This document shows positions 1 to 6,234 of a stretch of 15,750 nt of DNA, piece by piece. Made by a program: the position numbers and the translations under genes. The DNA is from Planctomycetota bacterium (lineage in GTDB: Bacteria > Planctomycetota > SZUA-567 > H5-PLA8): NCBI GenBank assembly GCA_045863855.1, contig BTVV01000137.1, forward strand, positions 1-15,750. The letters are read 5' to 3'. How positions within the stretch are numbered: position 1 is the stretch's first letter; each line of letters starts with the position of its first letter. Under the pieces are notes generated by a model, which searched no databases, was not told the DNA's origin, and saw only the letters and a program-made list of their open reading frames with translations.

Positions 1-123
1 ACACGTAAGTAGCTTTTTGTTATACGGTAGTTCGCGCACAACGCTAGACTGGATATACATCGCCTCACCCTCCAGCCCCAGACCAAATAAACCCCTACTA
101 AAGGCCCACCCCAACCCCTCTCG

Positions 124-151
124 TTGACAAATATCGACACGGACTTACCTT
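124..151 (+). promoter_or_regulatory. Putative sigma70-type promoter of the aminotransferase gene
   Basis: Consensus -35 TTGACA at 124-129, 16-nt spacer, TACCTT at 146-151; GAGG Shine-Dalgarno at 228-231 before ATG 240. Confidence 0.45.
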
Positions 152-239
152 ACCATTAGCTCCATAAAAGGCTGGCTGAATAGCCAGTCGTGGACTTCGA
201 CCCATCTCGTTCGTTCTATCCTTTGGTGAGGAAACAGGC

Positions 240-1619
240 ATGGCCGGTCGCACTTTTTTGCTAGAACCCCAAAAGGTTCCTCCCGTTAAGTCCCCTTTCC
301 GCACCATTCAAACGGCGCTCCCGGTGCCGGAATCCATCCCTATCCTTAAGGAACTGCGCGAATACGAACCACAGAGCATGACCGGCCAGCCCCCGATCCT
401 CTGGGAATCCGCCCAAGGCTGCCTCGTCCGGGACCGCTGGGGCAACCAGTGGCTCGATTGGAGCAGTGGCGTGCTCGTAACCAACGCCGGTCATGGCCAC
501 CCCGAAATCGTGGCTGCCATCGTCAAACAAGCCCAATCGCCTTTGCTGCATAACTACTGCTTCCCTAACGAGCCACGCGCGGCCTTGGTCAAATACTTGG
601 TCAATCTCGCGCCCGCGCCACTGAAGAAGTGCTTCCTTCTGACTACCGGTGCCGAAACCACCGAATGCGCGATCAAGCTCGCCAAGACCCACGGAATATC
701 CGTCGGCGGCAAGACCAAGGACGTGATCGTAAGCTTCCAGCATGCCTTTCACGGTCGGACCATGGGCAGCCAATTGGCCGGCGGCATCCCGGCGCTTAAG
801 AACTGGCTCACACGCGACCACAGCGACTTCGTACAGGTCCCCTTCCCTGGTGACTGGCGCCTGCCTGCGGAGCAGCGCACTTTCGAGAGCTTCCTTAAAA
901 ACCTCGCCGGCAAAGGCTGCCAACCGGAACAAGTCGCCGGCGTGATCTGCGAAACGTACCAAGGCGCGAGTTGCGCGTTCCTGCCGCTCGATTTCGCCAA
1001 AAAGCTGCGTGCTTGGTGCGATCAACACAAGGTCGTCCTGATCTTCGACGAGGTTCAAGCGGGCTTCGGACGGTGCGGGACCATGTTCGGCTTCGAGCAC
1101 TACGGTTTTACGCCAGACTTGGCCACCTTCGGCAAAGGCATCAGCAGTTCCCTGCCCATAAGCGCAGTACTCGGCCGAGCGGAAATCATGGATCTCTACC
1201 CGCCCGGCAGCATGACCAGTACGCACACCGGCAATCCGATCTGCGCCGCGGCGGCCCTCGCGAACCTGAAGATCATCGTCGAGCAAAAGCTGGCTCAGAA
1301 CGCGGCCGCGCGAGGAGAAGAAATGGCTGCCGGCCTGCACAAAATCGCCGTGAAGCACAAGGCCGTGATCGGCGCCGCCGAAGGCAAGGGCTTGGCGTGG
1401 GCGATGCACTGCGTCAAGGCGGGCACAACGGAGCCTGATCCCGATCTGGCGTTCCGAGTCGTCGAGCGCTGCATTCAGAAAGGTCTGTTGCTCTTCGCGC
1501 CTGTGGGATTCCAGGGCGCGACGCTGAAGCTCTGTCCGCCGCTTATCGTCACCGCCGCGCAACTTGCAGATGGTCTTCTGGCACTCAACGAGGCCTGGGA
1601 CGAAGTGCGGGCATCCTGA
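240..1619 (+). CDS. Class-III PLP-dependent aminotransferase (GabT/ArgD-like; substrate not determinable)
   Basis: 459 aa with class-III motifs: D-x-W-G-N-x-W-L-D, NAGHGHP, TGAETTECAIKLA, AFHGRT, LIFDEVQAGFGRCG and PDLATFGKG (PLP lysine), plus STHTGNP. Confidence 0.92.
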   Translation: MAGRTFLLEPQKVPPVKSPFRTIQTALPVPESIPILKELREYEPQSMTGQPPILWESAQGCLVRDRWGNQWLDWSSGVLVTNAGHGHPEIVAAIVKQAQSPLLHNYCFPNEPRAALVKYLVNLAPAPLKKCFLLTTGAETTECAIKLAKTHGISVGGKTKDVIVSFQHAFHGRTMGSQLAGGIPALKNWLTRDHSDFVQVPFPGDWRLPAEQRTFESFLKNLAGKGCQPEQVAGVICETYQGASCAFLPLDFAKKLRAWCDQHKVVLIFDEVQAGFGRCGTMFGFEHYGFTPDLATFGKGISSSLPISAVLGRAEIMDLYPPGSMTSTHTGNPICAAAALANLKIIVEQKLAQNAAARGEEMAAGLHKIAVKHKAVIGAAEGKGLAWAMHCVKAGTTEPDPDLAFRVVERCIQKGLLLFAPVGFQGATLKLCPPLIVTAAQLADGLLALNEAWDEVRAS

Positions 1620-1676
1620 ATCGAACCGGTCGAGCGGGCGGGCTGAACAAGCTTGCCGCGAAACCGCAGATGCGTC

Positions 1677-1728
1677 TTGCCGTGAGTCGGCAAGAGGTGC
1701 CGATTTCGCTCGAGTCGAATCACGGCAA
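1677..1728. repeat. Branched inverted-repeat element between aminotransferase and ssrA
   Basis: TTGCCGTGA (1677-1685) pairs perfectly with TCACGGCAA (1720-1728) and encloses two hairpins: GTCGGCA/TGCCGAT (1686-1704) and TTCG/CGAA (1705-1719). Confidence 0.5.
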
Positions 1729-1739
1729 AAGGGCGTGCG

Positions 1740-1768
1740 TTGTGATTATCCCGTTTATGGGGTAAGCT
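1740..1768 (+). promoter_or_regulatory. Putative ssrA promoter
   Basis: TTGTGA (1740-1745), 17-nt spacer, TAAGCT (1763-1768), ending 20 nt before the mature tmRNA 5' end. Confidence 0.55.
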
Positions 1769-1787
1769 TGTTAAGGTAGTGCGCCAT

Positions 1788-2155
1788 GGGGGCGTACAGG
1801 TTTCGACCGGACGGCGGAGGGTGTGGGTGGCGCGCCGAGGTGGCTCGGAGGCCTCGTAAAACACCGGGCAAAATCCAGACGCGAACTCTCACGAGTACGC
1901 TCTCGCTGCCTAACGCAAGTTAGCACAGCGACGCTTCGCAGGGGGCCCTGCCTGTGGCGCCCTGAGTCGCGTTCCCAATACAGGCTGGCTTGAGCGGCTT
2001 CGGTCCGTAGCCAATCTAGCGAGACCAATCGGACTGGCCGGGTGCTGAGCGCGCCGTTTCGCGCATGCCCGGCGAGATTAATGAAACGGCTACGCGCGTA
2101 GAAACCTCATCTGAAGCATCCTGGGACGCGGGTTCGATTCCCGCCGCCTCCACCA
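1788..2155 (+). ncRNA. ssrA: tmRNA (transfer-messenger RNA), one-piece, 368 nt, tag peptide (A)ANSHEYALAA
   Basis: 5' GGGGGCG pairs with 3' CGCCTCC-A-CCA, including the G3-U alanine identity pair. T-arm GCGGGTTCGATTCCCGC. Pseudoknot 1 (CGAGG 1836-40/CCTCG 1852-56; GCTCGG 1843-48/CCGGGC 1864-69). Tag frame 1881-1913 GCG AAC TCT CAC GAG TAC GCT CTC GCT GCC TAA ends in the canonical YALAA. Confidence 0.97.
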
Positions 2156-2161
2156 TTTTAA

Positions 2162-2341
2162 GGACTTACAGGAACGGAGCACTTTTCGGACACTACTTGC
2201 ACAGAACCAACACAAGCCTCTGCACTTGCTGTAGGTTAGCCTTATCGGGCGCTGCAGAAACCGAACAAACTTACAGCAGCGGCCATACTCTCATCGACTT
2301 CGTTCTGTGCGATTAGCGTGCAACTATTTATTGGACTTACA
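2162..2341. repeat. Cluster of direct and inverted repeats (ACTTACA motif), candidate integrase arm-type sites
   Basis: GGACTTACA at 2162-2170 and 2333-2341; AACTTACAGCA at 2268-2278 with an inverted near-copy TGCTGTAGGTT at 2227-2237; perfect inverted pair GCACAGAAC 2199-2207 / GTTCTGTGC 2302-2310. Confidence 0.55.
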
Positions 2342-2355
2342 AGAACGCTCGATCT

Positions 2356-2556
2356 TTACGGGACTAGCCCATTCGAGCTATCAGCTAGCTGCTCAGACTC
2401 GATCTTCGCCATCATCCGTACCCCCTCCGCTTCGTCCCTCTGGTAGTAGCGCAGGATCATGTTGAGGTCGGAGTGCCCGACCCAGCCGGCCAGCCAGCCA
2501 GCATGGGCGCCGGCACACCCGGCTAGGCATCTCAGTGGTGGTATGGAATACAGTCC
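2356..2556 (-). pseudogene. Tyrosine recombinase/integrase C-terminal remnant
   Basis: Minus strand 2493->2356 reads LAGWVGHSDLNMILRYYQRDEAEGVRMMAKIESEQ...stop, matching the box II GH-S-x-x-x-M-x-x-x-Y catalytic motif. Upstream GVPAPML is in another frame, displaced by a (CTGG)3 run. The rest of the gene is absent; the 2556 boundary is approximate. Confidence 0.7.
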
Positions 2557-2617
2557 TTGCCAAGTCCTTCGAATTCGACTTGCTGCGAGACGTATTGCCG
2601 CATAGGGTCAAGTCTGT

Positions 2618-3037
2618 ATGAAAGGTAGACGCATTTTTATATCCGCACTGCTGATCCCGATCCTATTCCTCGGGGCCGGATATGGCTTCTGCCCTTGCCG
2701 TTTCGTCTCTACCATTTGCTCAGAGATCGCCCCTGAAGAGACGGTCGTTCGTTCTTGCTGCCATTCGGCTGCCACATTGGAGCAGGACGATGCGGAGGCG
2801 AAGGTAGGTCAAAGGAAGACGTGTTGTTGCGACAGCAAAGTCTTCCTGGGTAGCGGAACCCAAGCCGGCAAGGTCTATGAGGGCAAGGCTGACTCCTCAA
2901 AGGCTGCTTACGCTGTCATATCCAGTTTCCAAACGCCAAGGATGGATGCCGATTCTTACGCGACCGCAGTCGGGCCGGCACCTCCTCTTATTCCCTCGCG
3001 ACCATTATATCTCTTGAAGTCTACATTCCTTCTTTAG
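2618..3037 (+). CDS. Small exported/membrane-anchored Cys-rich protein; candidate metal-responsive leader of the efflux operon
   Basis: 139 aa. Basic N-terminus plus hydrophobic segment (MKGRRIFISALLIPILFLGAG), 8 Cys (CPC, C, CCH, CCC), C-terminal GPAPP...PLYLLKSTFLL. First gene of the cluster. Confidence 0.75.
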   Translation: MKGRRIFISALLIPILFLGAGYGFCPCRFVSTICSEIAPEETVVRSCCHSAATLEQDDAEAKVGQRKTCCCDSKVFLGSGTQAGKVYEGKADSSKAAYAVISSFQTPRMDADSYATAVGPAPPLIPSRPLYLLKSTFLL

Positions 3038-3057
3038 CAGTTCCCTAATTCTAGGTT

Positions 3058-3102
3058 ACCTGCGAACAGGCTTGGCCAAGGTCTGTCCGGTAGGTCGTTT
3101 TT
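3058..3102 (+). terminator. Hairpin + T5, possible terminator/attenuator between the Cys-rich ORF and the first TolC gene
   Basis: ACCTGC (3058-63) pairs with GTAGGT (3090-95), ACAGG (3066-70) with TCTGT (3082-86), and CTT/AAG closes a GGCC loop; followed by CG-TTTTT (3098-3102). Confidence 0.45.
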
Positions 3103-3172
3103 CATGCGCGCAGCGTATTGGCGACACGGCCCTTGACCCTGAATGAAGCCATACCCATAGGACCTGAACTCT

Positions 3173-4648
3173 ATGCGGATTCCGAATATGCGAAGACTAC
3201 GAGATTACTTGCTTTGGGGAGTCCTTTGGGCCTCCACCGCTTTGCTTCAGAGCGGTTGCGGCACCTCACGATCGTCTGCGCGCCCGTGGATGGATGCGGA
3301 TGAACTGACAGAGGCCCGCATGGCACGCCATGTCCTGGCGGAGCGCAACGCAGAGGAGCAAATCGCGAGCCGGGCCGAATCCCCCATTGCCGGGCTGTCG
3401 GACAAGCTCACGCTCCCGGAACTGCTGCAAGCCGCGGCTAAAGAAAATCCGATGGTCAAGGCGGCTTACCACAAGTGGCAGGCCGCTGCTCAAAAGTACC
3501 CCCAAGCCTTCTCGCTGCCCGATCCGATGATCTCTGGGCGTTACTTCGTCCGGCAAATGAAGCCCGACGATCCCAAATGGGAACTCATGGCCTCCCAGAA
3601 CATTCCTTATCCGGGCAAGTTGATAATCGCCGGCAAGATCGCCGATAAAGAGGCGCAGGCCGCTTTCCTCAGATACCAGGCGTCCACGCGCAACGCGCTT
3701 ACCGACGCGAAAGAGATGTACTTTGAACTCTATTACATCGACCGTGCCCAGTCCGTCACTGCGGAGATTCGTAATCTCTATGAGCGCTACGCAGCCCTCG
3801 CCGCCGGAGGCACTGAGGTTGGAAGGCCCAAACTGCCAGAGCAATTCCGCGCCGAGAGCCAGCGTGAACAGCTTGGGTACGACCTGATCCTGCTGAAGGA
3901 GATGCGTGAAACCGAAGCCGCTCGGTTGAGCGCCATGCTTGCGCTGCCAAAGGGGCGAGGCCTGGGCCCCACGGAAGACGTGGCGGACCCGGCAGAATTG
4001 CGCGACTCCCTGGACAGCCTGCTCGACATTGCCGAACGCTACAACCAGGAATTGGCCGCAGCCGGCGTCGAGGTCGAGCGGTCGATCCTTCAAAGCAAGT
4101 ACGCGCGTCGCGCGCCGATTCCCGACCTCTCGGTGAGCGCCAGCTACATGCGCACCGGCGAGATGCCGGATGGCACCGACCCCACGCGCGATCCGATCAC
4201 TGTGGGCGTGGGAATCTCGATTCCCCTTTGGTTCAACAAATACAAAGCCATGGCTCGCGAGGCATCGGAGATGGAAAAGGCGGCCTTGGCCGAAGAAGAA
4301 GCTCAGCGCCAGGAGATTCGCGCGGCGCTGGCCAAAGCGTACTTCTCGCTGCGCAACGCGAGCCGGCTGGTGCGGCTCTATCGCGACACGCTCATCCCCC
4401 AGGGACGGCAAGCCCTGCAATCGGCCGAGGAACTGTACCGCAAGGGCGAAGCAAACCTCGCGTCCGTGCTCGAAACCACGGCGACGGTCCACAATTTCGA
4501 ACTCGCACGCCTTCGAGCGACCGCGGATTTTTATCAAAACCTGGCGCGCGTTGAGCGGATTCTCGGCACGGCCTTCGAGCCGGTCAACGAAAACCAAGAC
4601 ACTCCAGAGCGTCAAGCCCCTGACGAGAACAAGGAGCCTGCGCCATGA
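3173..4648 (+). CDS. TolC/CusC-family outer-membrane efflux protein 1, probable lipoprotein
   Basis: 491 aa. Lipobox-like LLQSG-C; two OEP-like repeats (LPELLQAAAKENPMVKAA...SLPDPMIS...SQNIPYPGK; AERYNQELAAA...PIPDLSVSASY...GISIPLW; AEELYRKGEANLASVL). AGGA at 3159-3162; the start could instead be Met at 3188. Confidence 0.88.
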   Translation: MRIPNMRRLRDYLLWGVLWASTALLQSGCGTSRSSARPWMDADELTEARMARHVLAERNAEEQIASRAESPIAGLSDKLTLPELLQAAAKENPMVKAAYHKWQAAAQKYPQAFSLPDPMISGRYFVRQMKPDDPKWELMASQNIPYPGKLIIAGKIADKEAQAAFLRYQASTRNALTDAKEMYFELYYIDRAQSVTAEIRNLYERYAALAAGGTEVGRPKLPEQFRAESQREQLGYDLILLKEMRETEAARLSAMLALPKGRGLGPTEDVADPAELRDSLDSLLDIAERYNQELAAAGVEVERSILQSKYARRAPIPDLSVSASYMRTGEMPDGTDPTRDPITVGVGISIPLWFNKYKAMAREASEMEKAALAEEEAQRQEIRAALAKAYFSLRNASRLVRLYRDTLIPQGRQALQSAEELYRKGEANLASVLETTATVHNFELARLRATADFYQNLARVERILGTAFEPVNENQDTPERQAPDENKEPAP

Positions 4649-6234
4649 CCTCTTTCATGAAGGTGAAGCGAATACCATTCTGCTACTTGAGCATCCTTTG
4701 CGCGCTTCCTTGGGGGATCGCCATTGCCTCAGAAGGTGAGTCCGCCCAGGACCCGTCCACCACAAAGCTCGTGGAGGCTTTCGTACGGCAGGCTCGCTCG
4801 ACCACCACGGACCGTGACGCGCAGACGCATCGACAAGCATTCAAGGAACTGACGGCCTCCATTGCAGAAAAGCGGGATGCCTGGAGCAAGCGGTTCGAGC
4901 AAGAATTGGGCGATGCCGAATTGACTGCCGGATTGCCTGTCGATCTACGGTCCAAGGTCAAGCCTGTGGGCGCAAACCAGGAGCAGGCCGCTACCCTCCT
5001 GCAAACCGGGATTTCCCTTCCGCTGGTCATGGTGCTGGCCGCCGAGCGCAATCCCGATGCTCGCGTAGCCTATGAAGCGCTGCGCTCCACGCTTCGGCGA
5101 TTCGAGCAGGCGGCCTACCTGGAGGAACTCATCGCGCAGTACCGCTCGTTCGTCCGCGAATTGGACACGCTGGTCGGTCCCCAGAGCCATAAGGAAATGC
5201 CTGAAAAGACGTTTCCGTTTCCGTCGGCATTGGCGCTAAAGGGGCAGGCCATCGACCAGGAGGCGGAGCTTGCGCGCCTGAAATACATCGAGGCCTTGCG
5301 CAAGGCCATCAACGACGCGGCGCGCGGCTTCTTCTCCGTGCAATTCGCCGAACAACAGGTGGCGATTCTGAAAGAGAACCGCGATCTCTTCGCCAAAATG
5401 GACGCCATCGCCGCCGAGCAACTCAAGGTAGGCCGCGCCAGCCAGGCCGATTCGCTGAAAGCGCAGTCCGAACTGGCGATGCTCGATACCCAGGTGCTCA
5501 CGGCCGAACGCGAGCGGATCAACGCCATCGCCAAGGTCAACGCGGTGTTGGGCCTGCCGCCTGCAACGCCGTGGGGCGCCTTGCGCCCCGCAGACCTGTC
5601 GGACGAGGTTCAGCAACTGGACGAACTGCTTCGCCTTGCCGCTCAGCAGAACCAGGCTTTGGCTGGGGCGCGTGTCGAGGTCGCGCTGATGGAGACCATG
5701 GTCCGCATGGCCGAGACGATGGTTCTTCCGCGCGGCTCCCAGGGCGCCAGCCTGATCGCTCCTTCGGTGGGCGCCGAGGCGGGGCCGACCCGCTCGGAGA
5801 TGGCTGCCTTTCCGCCGATGCAGATGCCGTCCCCTGACCGTGCCGGCTTTGGCGCGAACGCGGCCTACATCGACGAGCTTCGAGTCCGCGTCCAGCAGGC
5901 GCAACGCATGCGGGATGCCATGGAGGCCGACGTGGCCTTCATGGTGAAGGATGCGCATTTCATGGCGGACGCCACGGCTCGGGAACGCAAGACGCTGGCG
6001 GACGCGGTGGTTCCCAAGGCGCGACAGGCGCTGGAGACCTATCGGGAACGTTACAACACCGCCGCGACGCCATTTATCGAATACCTCGATTCGGCACGCC
6101 TGTACCTGAACAGTTCGCTGAGCCTGGAGAAGGCCCGGATGGAACACAACCGGGCTTTAGTCGATCTGGAAGGGGCTTGTGGCCGGAGCGCTGCGCGTCT
6201 GCTGCCCGGTTCCCGCGAGGAGCAAAAGCCATGA
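4645..6234 (+). CDS. TolC-family efflux protein 2 (divergent)
   Basis: 529 aa. Signal peptide ending AIA-SE; OEP-like helical repeats (LAAERNPDARVA, FPFPSALALKG, QLKVGRASQADSLKAQSEL, AAQQNQALAGA, RERYNTAATPFIEYLDS). ATGA overlap with both neighbours. Confidence 0.8.
   Translation: MTSFMKVKRIPFCYLSILCALPWGIAIASEGESAQDPSTTKLVEAFVRQARSTTTDRDAQTHRQAFKELTASIAEKRDAWSKRFEQELGDAELTAGLPVDLRSKVKPVGANQEQAATLLQTGISLPLVMVLAAERNPDARVAYEALRSTLRRFEQAAYLEELIAQYRSFVRELDTLVGPQSHKEMPEKTFPFPSALALKGQAIDQEAELARLKYIEALRKAINDAARGFFSVQFAEQQVAILKENRDLFAKMDAIAAEQLKVGRASQADSLKAQSELAMLDTQVLTAERERINAIAKVNAVLGLPPATPWGALRPADLSDEVQQLDELLRLAAQQNQALAGARVEVALMETMVRMAETMVLPRGSQGASLIAPSVGAEAGPTRSEMAAFPPMQMPSPDRAGFGANAAYIDELRVRVQQAQRMRDAMEADVAFMVKDAHFMADATARERKTLADAVVPKARQALETYRERYNTAATPFIEYLDSARLYLNSSLSLEKARMEHNRALVDLEGACGRSAARLLPGSREEQKP

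Noticed and set aside
261..1562. 433-aa minus-strand ORF
   Set aside because: Antisense shadow of the aminotransferase, expected from GC-rich codon bias; no recognisable motifs.
1771..2316. ORFs 1771-2028 (-) and 2065-2316 (+)
   Set aside because: They overlap the tmRNA gene, which explains the sequence.
2393..2611. 72-aa minus-strand ORF from the track
   Set aside because: Wrong frame; the integrase motif lies in neighbouring frames of the same strand.
3266..6147. Long antisense ORFs 3266-4615 and 5236-6147
   Set aside because: Shadows of the two TolC-family genes with no independent motifs.
6177..6230. Upstream extension of the CusB ORF
   Set aside because: ATG 6231 has a good SD, an ATGA overlap and is followed directly by the membrane anchor.
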